This document shows positions 55,072-64,000 of a DNA stretch of 64,000 nt, in pieces. Each line of letters opens with the position of its first letter. The first letter of the stretch is position 1. Source of the stretch: Rebecca billardiae RCC1528 (Eukaryota; Protista; Haptophyta). The notes under the pieces were generated by a model, which did not search any database, was not told the origin of the DNA, and saw only the letters and a list, made by a program, of their open reading frames with translations. The position numbers were made by a program, and so were the translations under genes. The stretch is taken from positions 930,001 to 994,000 of the forward strand of contig OZ251235.1 in assembly GCA_965240325.2 (NCBI GenBank). The letters are read 5' to 3'.

Positions 55072-57696
55072 TCAGCGCTTCTTGGCGACGACGTACAGCA
55101 GCCAGATCTTGTCGAAGTGCTCATCGATCCTCCAAAGCGCGTGCTCGCGCTTTGAGCACAGGTCGTACTTGACCTCGAGCACGTCAAAGCCGCGGTCGAC
55201 GAAGAGGCTCTCGAGGGCTTGGTGCGAGAAGCGATAGTAGTCCGCCGGCGTCGCGTGCCAGTGGTACGACCACGGCACGGCGTGCAGCGCGAGCCCGCCG
55301 CGCTTGGTGACGCGCGCGATCGTGTCGAACGCCTTCCACGGCTCGCGGACGTGCTCGAGGACAAAGTGGGAGAAAGTGACGTCGAAGCCGGCGGTGGGCG
55401 CCGCGTCGCACCGCGTGATGTCGCAGCGCACGCTGTTCGGCAGCCCCTCCACTGCCACGTCCGCGTCGAGCACCCAGTACTGGAGCGGTCCGGCAAAGTG
55501 CGCAAACTTGGAGGTGGCGGCCTTCATGCCCGACGCGGTCGAGCCCGTGGCGCCGATGTCGAGGAAGCGGCCGCTGATCGGGCCGTCTGGCGCATTGTAG
55601 TACGCGCTCAGGTGGCGCGTGAACGCCTGCACGTACCCGTCGCTGAAGAGAGACGGGTCCATCACGACGTAGGGCTCCGGCCGGCCCGTGTGCTCGTGCT
55701 GCATCCTGTGCGCCCACTCCGGGCCCTGGCCGCAGCAGTACCAGCCGGAGAGGCACTGCTGCGCTGACGCGCCGTCCCCGCTGCGCAGCTGAGACGCGAT
55801 GTCCCAGATCCGTCGCGGCGCGCCGCCGCCCGACCCGCCGTTGGCCGTGGCCTCGGGCGAGTCCGGGCTGATCAGCTTGACGAGCGTGACGAGGTGGTAC
55901 TCGAGCGTGCCGTTCACGTACAGCTGGCGGCGAACGTTGCCGCCCGCAAAGCCCTGGTGCAGCCTCGCCCGGCCTGCTTGGTCGAGCCTGCGCGACGGCC
56001 GTCCTGCTCCGCCGCCGTCGCGCCGCCATGCTCCGCCTTTGCTCGACGTGCGCACACTCTTGGCTACCGGGCGCAGCGGGCCTTCGCCCCGCCCTGCTTT
56101 ACCTTTGCTCGGCTTGCGCGCGCGCTCGCCCCACTGGCGCAGCGGGCCTGGCCGGACCCGCGTGGCGTTGTAGTTCCAGCGCAAGACGTCGTACTCCGCG
56201 CCGATGTCGCGGTCCGACGCGATGCGCAGGCCCACGAGCTCCGCGCGCGCCGCCAGCTGCGCCACCGTCACCACCGTGTTCGCCATCCACAGCTCGCGGT
56301 ACGCGCCGATCGCCGCGCCCGACGCGGCGGCCGCCGCGCGCTCTGCCAGGAAGTCATCGATCACGACGACCGCGCCGCCCGGCGCGAGCTTGCGCGCCCA
56401 CGAGGCGAGGGTGGCGCTGAGGTCGGGCGAGTGCACGAGCGCCTCGACGCAGTAGATCCCGTCGAGCCTCGGCAGCGCGTCGAGCTCGTCGTACGAGCCG
56501 AGCCGCGCGGAGAACCGGTGCGGCCGCAGCCCGGTCTCGATGTAGTGCAGCTGCGCCGGCGAGAGCGTCACCCCGTGCAGCTCCCAGCGCGGTTGGCGCG
56601 CCTCGAGGTACACCAGGCCCGCGCCGATGCCGCAGCCCGCGTCGAGGAGCACGGCGCGGCCGTCGGGCGCGGCGCGCACGGCCGGTGCGTCCACGAGCGC
56701 CGCGCGCACCAGCGCGAAGTGCGTGTCGGCGGACCTGTTGCCGGGCGGGCCGAGCACGCGGTGCACGGCGAGTGTTGAGGTCTTGGACGGGTCGCGCCTG
56801 CCAGCCTCGTCGCGCGTGAGGTCGTCGTAGTACTGGGCGAGGGTTCCGAAGCGGTGGAGGACGGGCGAGCTCACAGCGCCCGGGCCGCGCTGCCGCCAGG
56901 CCAAGGTGGCGAGCGCGCGCTCGACCGAGAGGCCCGGGACGGAGGGCTCGCCCGCCTGCGCACCGATCGCGAGCGACCACGCGTCCAGTGCGCACGTTGC
57001 GTGCCACCACTGCTCAGGGAACCACACCAGCTGCCCGGGCTGCTGCTCGCAGTACGTGGGCCCGCCGGCCGCGCGCGCGCGCCCTCGGGCCAGCGCCGCG
57101 CACTCCGCCAGGTCCGCCTGCTTCGTCGACGGCCGATCTCCGGGTGGCGCAAACCACCACGCCTTGCGGCCTTCGAGCTGCGCGAGCCACGACGCGCCGT
57201 GCGTGTGGCTCACGTGCGCACTGCCCCGCGCAGCGCCAGAGACAATGCGGAAGTGCGGGCCGTTGAACACGCGCGCGAGCTTGGGCGGGCCGAAGCCCTG
57301 TGGGTGCGCTGCGTCCAGCGCCTTGAAGAAGGGGCCGTTCTCGGCGTCAACCGCGAACAGGAGCACAGACTCATTGCGGCAGCGGCGGAGCACGTCGGCC
57401 GTCGACTCCACGCGTCGATGACCGGCCTCGTCCAGGAGCGGGCGCACGTCGAGGCCCTTCACGAACTGGGGAAAGTCGCCGAATTGCCGTAAGAACGCGT
57501 CCACGCCACCGTCGCCGCCGAGCCACGCGCGCGCGCCTGCCCAACCCGTGAGCAACACGGGCTCGGTTGGCGGCTCGGCGCGTTGGAAGTCGGCGAGGGG
57601 AAGCGTGCGGAGGTCGCATCGCGGCGATGAGCCCGACTCGAGCGCTGCCACGCAACCGAGGAGGCTCAGCAGCAACACACCGGTGGCCGAAGACAT
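55072..57696 (-). CDS. Signal peptide + JMJD8-like JmjC domain + two class I SAM methyltransferase domains
   Basis: HTHGASW..GRKAW..CEQQPGQLVWFPEQWWHAT; LLDAGCGIG..EALVHSPD..LAPGG; FLDIGA..FVLEHVREP..KRGG..HATPADYYRF. Confidence 0.85.
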   Translation of the reverse strand: MSSATGVLLLSLLGCVAALESGSSPRCDLRTLPLADFQRAEPPTEPVLLTGWAGARAWLGGDGGVDAFLRQFGDFPQFVKGLDVRPLLDEAGHRRVESTADVLRRCRNESVLLFAVDAENGPFFKALDAAHPQGFGPPKLARVFNGPHFRIVSGAARGSAHVSHTHGASWLAQLEGRKAWWFAPPGDRPSTKQADLAECAALARGRARAAGGPTYCEQQPGQLVWFPEQWWHATCALDAWSLAIGAQAGEPSVPGLSVERALATLAWRQRGPGAVSSPVLHRFGTLAQYYDDLTRDEAGRRDPSKTSTLAVHRVLGPPGNRSADTHFALVRAALVDAPAVRAAPDGRAVLLDAGCGIGAGLVYLEARQPRWELHGVTLSPAQLHYIETGLRPHRFSARLGSYDELDALPRLDGIYCVEALVHSPDLSATLASWARKLAPGGAVVVIDDFLAERAAAAASGAAIGAYRELWMANTVVTVAQLAARAELVGLRIASDRDIGAEYDVLRWNYNATRVRPGPLRQWGERARKPSKGKAGRGEGPLRPVAKSVRTSSKGGAWRRDGGGAGRPSRRLDQAGRARLHQGFAGGNVRRQLYVNGTLEYHLVTLVKLISPDSPEATANGGSGGGAPRRIWDIASQLRSGDGASAQQCLSGWYCCGQGPEWAHRMQHEHTGRPEPYVVMDPSLFSDGYVQAFTRHLSAYYNAPDGPISGRFLDIGATGSTASGMKAATSKFAHFAGPLQYWVLDADVAVEGLPNSVRCDITRCDAAPTAGFDVTFSHFVLEHVREPWKAFDTIARVTKRGGLALHAVPWSYHWHATPADYYRFSHQALESLFVDRGFDVLEVKYDLCSKREHALWRIDEHFDKIWLLYVVAKKR

Positions 57697-59347
57697 CGGC
57701 GCACCGTGCGTCACGGTCTGGCGGCAAAGGATCAAGACGCGTGCTGCGGCTGCGCCGGGGCGAGGCGGCGAGCGAGGCCGCGCGAGTGAGGGACGCCAAA
57801 CGCAGCCGCCCGACTGAACCCAATCTATGATTTATCATAACCACACAGGTTCCACTGGGGACAAGGCACCCAGGGTCGGAGAAAATCGGCGCGCTTTTTA
57901 TTTCCGCCTTGCATTTATTCAGCCGCGCGCTGCGCGGCGGACGCGCGCGTCTCGGGCGAGCGGGCGACGGCGCCGCGCTCCCGTGCGTGTGGACGATCCC
58001 GCGAGCGCAGAGCCGGCGAGCTAGGCTGGGCAGTCGTGCTGAAGTGCCATTCGCCGCTTCGCGCCGCGCATCGCATTCGGCTGTACTTGCCTCGGGCCAG
58101 CACTTGTCTGTGCACACCGCCACACGGCCAGCCCGTCGCCCGCGTGCGCCATGCGAGGCGAGACACACACGGAGCATGCGCTTCCGCGCGGCGAGGCCTA
58201 CGCTGTACGCACTGCGCTACCTTGCGCCGCCGCGCATGAGCGCGGGTCCGAACAGCTGCGTTCAGGTGTGCTGATTGCATCATTCATACGAGCCGATTGG
58301 TCGAACAAGCGCTCTGGCCCGACGATGACGTTGCAGCGCACGCCATGCTGATATGCGGTGACGCGGAGCATGTGCGCTCGCGCGGAGTGGCCACACGCGT
58401 GACCGCTGTCCAGCTCTGCCCCGGCATTGAACTCCCTGACTCGTGCTCCGACGTCAATCTTGGCCCGAGCTAGTACGTGCATGTATGCGTGCTGATGCAG
58501 AATATACCTGAACGAGGCCCATGATGGCCTGCCTGCGTGTATGTGCCTCCTCGGATGACACGGCGCGTGTATGAATGTGTGTATACTACCTTGTCAAGCA
58601 GTAGCTCACGTCTGGACGTTCGTGTCGAACTTGACGGTGCGCATCGTGCACACACGGTCAGCCTTGATAGACGCACCCGTGCAGCCGGAAGGCAGCATCA
58701 GCCTGCCTAAGACGTGAGCATCCAGCCCCGACGCCGCTTCCGGTGCCTGAATGGCGCGCGCTCCTTTCACGCGGGAATGTGCTCACTACATCACTATCCA
58801 GAAGGGCGCATGTCCGTGCTTTGCATGCTCACATGACCCTCGCCGTAGGTCGATGCCAACCGCTGCGTGATGCTCGATCATGCCTTTTGACGGCTGTGTG
58901 ACCCGTGCAGATGCGTATGCCAGGCAGCGTACTGTGGCGAGCGATGACGCGTGCATAAACTACCTGGACATTGCCCAGTGCAACCAAGTGCCGGACGCCG
59001 ACGCCGCTGCTCGCGGCACGCGTGCAGTCAGCCGAGGAATGCACACAACTTCCTTGTTGGTGCGGCGCACGCGATGGCCTGAGGCGCGGCGGATGCAGTG
59101 ATTCCGAACGGCGAGCGGTGGAACGACGCAAATGGCTGCTCTTCAGCCGCGCTCAACCACGCGCACCGCCTTCGCGGGCACGCAACTACCGCAGGAGGGC
59201 GCGCAGTCGGCGCCCATCTCGCCCCTCCAGCGCCGCCCAGCGCGCTGTCAAGCGCAGCCGCCAGCGGCAGAGGTTGGTGGTGCTCTGACGGCATCACCAA
59301 CATATTCGGAAAAGAAAATCCCCACCCGAAATTCCTGCGCCCAGTGG

Positions 59348-59391
59348 CAGGTAGGACGACGCGGGTCTGTCTGATTCGTCGGCGGCGGTGC
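59348..59391 (+). repeat. Internal fragment of family Z (segment adjacent to the terminal motif)
   Basis: caggtaggacgacgcgggtctgtctgattcgtcggcggcggtgc matches 47416-47458. Confidence 0.8.
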
Positions 59392-59432
59392 TCCACCCAC
59401 CCGTTCAGGCGCCCGCTGTCGGGTCGGATCTG

Positions 59433-60841
59433 GGGGTGGCCCGCGGCTCGCGGAAAACATTTCAGTTGAAATGGCTTATTGGCTTCCGGCTGCGCGCCGG
59501 TAAAGTGGCCCTGCCAGTGGCGTGCGCGGCCTCGCCTCGCGTGCGCGCCAGTGAAGACGAAGGCTGGGCGACGGCGCGCGAGGCGGGTACGTCTGGTCGC
59601 ACCTACTGACCCCTTCTGACGCTCATGGCTCGCCTCCGTAGCCTCTTCTGCGCCCATGGTCACTGCGTACGTCCATGCGTCTGCATGCCGTTGCGGCTGG
59701 CGGTGCTTGCGCCGTCGCTTCATCGCACCGGATGTGCTGCAAGGGCAAGACGCGGGCTTCCTGAAGAGAGAACATATATGCCAGCCCCATGCGCACCGGT
59801 TCAAGCCACGACTCAAGCGCATGTCGCGGACAGAAGCGGGCGCGGTAGGCAACGTTTGGCCTTCTCGGTCGGTGGCAGTCGAGTAGTGCTCAGAAGCGGA
59901 GAAGAGGCTGAGGCGGCACACTTCTGCAGAGCCGGATGTCCCTTGAGCAGTTCTTCAAATGATGGCCGCGATGCGCCGTCGCCACGGCCATGCCAGCCGC
60001 CGCAGACGACACGCGCGACGGGCGGCGCGACGGGTCTTGGCGCTCATCTCGCAGTGGCGCGCACTGCGCGCCACTGTGTCCGGGCGGAATTATGCGTACC
60101 GGGTACGCATAATTCCGCCCCGGACTCATTCTATGATTTAACGACACAGGACGTGTGAATTAGGTCGGGTCGCCTGAACGGGTGGCGTTCAGGCGACCCG
60201 ACCTAACTCACACGAGTCCGGGGCGGAGTGCGATGAGCGCCAAGCCCTGGCGCGGCGCCCGCCGCGCGCGCTCGTCTGCGGCGACTGACACGGCCGTGGC
60301 GACGGCGCATCGCGACCATCCTTTGAAGAACTGCTCAAGGGACATCCGGCTCTGCAGAAATGTGCCGCCTCAGCCTCTTCTCGGCTTGTGAGCACCACTC
60401 GACTGCCACCAGCCGAGAAGGCCAATCGTTGCCTCCCGCGTCCGCTTCTGTCCGCGACATGCGCTTGAGTCGTGGCTTGAACCGGTGCGCATGGGGCTGG
60501 CATGTATGTTCTCTCCTCAGGAAGCCCGCGTCTTGCCCTTGCAGCACATCCGGTGCGATGAAGCGACGGCGCAGGCACTGCCAGCCGCAAGCATGCAGAC
60601 GCATGGACTTACGCAGTGACCATGGGCGCAGAAGAGGCCGCGGAGGCGAGACATGAGCGTCAGAAGGGGTCAGTAGGTGCGACCAGACCTACCCATCTCG
60701 CGCGCCGTCACCCAGCCTTCGTCTTCATTGGCGCGCACGCGAGGCGAGGCCGCGCACGCCACCCGGCACGGCCACTTTACCGGCGCGCGGCCGGAAGCCA
60801 TTTCAATTGAAATGTTTTCCGCGAGCGCCGCGGGTTGCCCC
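59433..60841. repeat. ~1.4-kb imperfect palindrome: arms ~59433-60127 and ~60214-60841, with three hairpins and a family Z motif at the centre
   Basis: Arms align by eye throughout as reverse complements; hairpins at 60052-60076, 60082-60120 and 60152-60214; motif at 60124-60147. Confidence 0.92.
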
Positions 60842-61193
60842 TGGCAAGATATTGCCTCCCGATGGCCAGAATATCGTATTTGATATTCGCTAGCCTCTCA
60901 GTGCAGATATTATTGCCTAATATTGATCGAATATCGCTGCGCCGCACGGCCCGGCGCGCGGCCGCGCGCGCGGCGCGGCCCGCGACCGTGTGATTACTCA
61001 TCGTCGTCTCACTCGTCATCACTTCCGACGTACCGCGGTACCGTCCGAAGTCTACAGACGGACTGGGTGGGCACTGGACACTTGGGAAGTCGTCTTTGAC
61101 CAGTCACACTGTCAGGCATGCTCAGAGCTCTGAGCATGATTCTGCGCGGGTTTTGACGCTGTTTCCTTATTCGAAGGAAACTTGAAACTGTAG

Positions 61194-61231
61194 TACAGTT
61201 TACTATGTGATTTCACGTGCACACTTGGTTA
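61194..61231 (+). repeat. Short one-ended element, family Y, copy 3 (diverged)
   Basis: tacagtttactatgtgatttcacgtgcacacttggtta. Confidence 0.85.
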
Positions 61232-61675
61232 GTGATGGAGGCCACTTCATTCACCGAAATCCAGGTTGGGGAGGATCTCCGCTGCCGTCCACTGGCGTCC
61301 AGCAAGGGCCGTGCGTCCAGCGGGTTGCAGCAGCCGTTCGTCCAGCGCTGAGAGAGAGTGCGCGTCTGCAACTGCGGAACCGCCCGGCTGCGCCGCTGCG
61401 TTGAACTAGGCGGCCGCGAGCAGCTCGGCCTTGCACGCGTCCGTGACGCTCAGGCGGTCACGTAGCGCGGTAGCGCATCTCTGCACTGCTACGAATGAAG
61501 CGACGTGGCACGTGCGCTCCGACGAGGCCTCACTCTCAGGTCGACTTAGCCGCTACTGAGCGCTGTGAGCGACGACGGAGCATGACATTGGCATGACCGG
61601 AATCCGGATGACGTAAATACTCGATCATCACTGCTACGCGGTAAATAGACTAATTAATCGCAGCATGATCACAGT

Positions 61676-61678
<3 letters not shown>

Positions 61679-61718
<40 letters not shown>
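61679..61718. repeat. (TA)n microsatellite
   Basis: Directly visible. Confidence 0.95.
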
Positions 61719-61721
<3 letters not shown>

Positions 61722-62254
61722 GACCGCGTTCCGCGGTCTTTTTCCGTAGAACGAACGTAGTTCGGGGCCCGCGGCGCACCCTCCGTCGGCTGCTCTGGAA
61801 CGTGGTGTTGTTCACCCGCGTCACCGTCCTCGAGTCGAGCAGCGCGTTCAATACGCGGCGAACGTAGTCCTGGTCGGCGTCGCCGGTCGAGGTGCTGCTT
61901 GCCATCGCCCCCCACCCACGTGCGATCGGGCCCACCTCTGTTGTTTTGCGTCGGTGACGGGGCCGCGACGACTCATCTCAGGGTTACTACGTGAAGCGGT
62001 AGAATAGAATTTCATTTACGAGCATTGATACGACGCGGTGCAACGTGAAGCGGTTTTTTTAAGATACGACGCGGTCTAATGACCCATTGTTCATACATGT
62101 ACATGAATGGGTCGTCATAAACGGCGGGCGGCTCATTTATGACCAGACCGGGCCCTGGGTGATTGATGATCAGAACCCGCAAAAGCTAGCGGCAGTCCAG
62201 CACACAAGTAATGAATTAATAACAAGCGCAGTCCAGCACACAAGTAATGAACGA

Positions 62255-62605
62255 ATGGCCCGCGGTGCCGGCTGGCTATCTAGATACGTCGTCATCGCTC
62301 CTTGATGACCTTGCGGCAATCTCATTGGCTGGAAAAATCGCTTGTAACGGTTCGTTACGTTATGGATCCTAAAGGGCGTGAAGTTTTTTGGACGGGCGTC
62401 ACTCCAATATGAACTTGCCGTGGGCGCGACCTTTTTCGACGCTAATGCACCTGTAAGGGAGTCTCAAAATTCGAAACTCGGTCTCCTCCAGCCCTGAAAA
62501 TCGTCCCCCGTCCCTTTTTTCTTGATCAAAGATCTTTTTGAAACGTTGTTCGGGCCCGCTGGTGCGGGCTCCACGCTGCGCGCTCCGCCCTGCACCGCGG
62601 GCCAT
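62255..62605. mobile_element. Putative MITE (14-bp inverted ends, lower-GC interior)
   Basis: atggcccgcggtgc ... gcaccgcgggccat; no clean TSD; single copy in the window. Confidence 0.4.
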
Positions 62606-62944
62606 AAGCGCGCGCCGCCCTTACAGTTACAGAACGGGATTCGGTAGGCATTGTTGAATCATTGTAGCCATTGTGTGCTGCCATTGCAGTCAGCATCTCA
62701 ACTGGCCATGGCTGGCCATCAGCCTCTGACTCAGGCACATGGCCCTGATCATGGCGCCGCCGTGCGCTCAGCACCATTGCGCCTGCTGCAAATGAGTCGG
62801 CCGCTCCATGACCATGGGCATGGCCCGTTTGCGTCCGCGCGCATGGCATCTCGCCGCGTGCCCCGTGCCCGCGGGAGTGGCGCGGCGCCTATTGCTCCGG
62901 ACGAGTGGCCAGTCGCAGGCAGGAGACACCTTCTGAGACTCGGC

Positions 62945-64000
62945 TCAGGTGCACACGGCCTGGCATCGCGCGCCAACGTTGAGGTTGACCATGCCGCACT
63001 CAGCGTAGCAGTAGCAGCACGCGCAGTACAGGCTGGCCAGCTGCTCAGCGCTGCGGCAGCCCGCCTTCCCCACTGCCTGCGGGTGCGACACGGTAGGCAG
63101 CGCGCCGCCGGCGCGCGCCCGTCAGGCTCTCTCGCGCGCACTGAGGCGCGCGGCGAGTGGCGCGCGTGTCCGCGCGCAGCGCGCGCGGCGCGCACCTTCT
63201 GACAGACGAAGCCGTTGCCGTCCTTGTTCGGGTCCGCGCCGCTGCCGAGCTGCTTACCCGTGCAGTACGGGCTGGGGTAGGGCGACGGGACCGCGGGCAG
63301 CGCCGGCACAGGCGCGGCTGCGCGCCAGGGAGCGGCCGCGCGAAGGGGTGCCGCGGCCGCGCGCGGAGCCTCCGGCATTGGCGTGGGGTACGGGTCAGGG
63401 CTGATGGGCGGCTGCGCGCCGCCGTGCGTCAAGCTCCCCGTGCACATCGTCTCGCGGCACTGCGCATTCACGGTGTTCGCCATGCCGCACGGCTCGTAGC
63501 AGTGGCAGCACGCGCAGTACAGGTCCGCGAGCTGGTCCGCCGACGAGCAGTACTGCTGGTCGACCGCCGCCACGCAGATGTAGCCCTGCCCGTCCGCCGA
63601 GCCGCCGCCATACTTCCGCCCGACGCAGAACTCGTTAGGATATGGCGTGGCGGGGTGCGGCACCGGCGCCGGCGGTTGCGGTAGGCTCGCCTGCTGCCCA
63701 GGCCCGAGACACGGCAGCGACGCCATGCACTGCGCGTTGGGCGTGCGGTTCATCTGGCAGTTCATGTAGCAGTAGCAGCATGCACCTACACGCGTGCACG
63801 GCGCAAGGGCGCAGGTGTGGGTGACAAGGTGCGGCGGCGCTCCTGTGCGCGCGCGCGCGCGCGCGCGCACAGTAGAGCGAGCTCAGTTCCTCGTCGGTGG
63901 TGCAGTACGCCTTGCCCACCGCCTTGGCGCAGATCATGCCATTCCCATCCACGTGTGGGTTCACCGGCCGGCTGGGGCGGATCCGGCCGGTACAGAAGCG
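62945..64000 (-). CDS. Cys-rich repeat protein, 3' part (5'-truncated by window edge), with at least two introns
   Basis: Three repeats C-x-G..DG-x-G-x-x-C-x-x-AV..C..L-x-x-LYCACC-x-CY-x-x-C-x-M..C separated by Pro-rich linkers; introns ~63868-63786 and ~63196-63077. Confidence 0.75.

Noticed and set aside
59433-60841. Hammerhead ribozyme (Penelope/retrozyme hallmark) in the palindrome
   Set aside because: CTGAAGA occurs at 59761 but has no stem II or GAAA partner; a covariance-model search is still advisable
62192-62251. 24-bp direct repeat as a CRISPR array
   Set aside because: Only two units, a 12-bp spacer, no cas genes, eukaryotic context

Overview
A very GC-rich, intron-containing eukaryotic nuclear window. 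Its gene content (phosphate translocator, plastid ferrochelatase with a CAB tail, bipartite-presequence proteins, GC-rich introns) suggests an alga with a complex plastid, plausibly a haptophyte such as Pavlovales (inference, not database-confirmed). About 26 compact genes are readable, many in head-to-head pairs: TPT, an EF-hand-like/GGIF-repeat protein, RanBP2-ZnF/BRCT, NUP50, two esterases, ATG16, SGNH, ankyrin, GT31, acyltransferase-3, ZnF-RRM, hemH, a cyclin, EHD, duplicated FYVE-like genes, villin/gelsolin, JmjC-MT-MT and a Cys-rich repeat protein. The AT-richer intergenic DNA carries mobile-element traces: a 2.5-kb IS630/Tc1-like element with an HTH-only transposase plus cargo ORF, several MITEs and a LINE-like 3' relic. 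Two observations stand out. (1) A set of about 10 one-ended, TIR-less insertions in three mosaic families shares conserved terminal motifs (TACAGTTTACTA.. / ..CTATGATTTAACG..). They cluster near gene starts, and one sits at the centre of a 1.4-kb palindrome studded with near-perfect hairpins. (2) A 1,286-aa membrane protein fuses a nucleoside-hydrolase domain to a TIR-like domain that lacks the catalytic Glu. No rRNA, tRNA or CRISPR array was recognised. Domain calls come from motif recognition by eye.
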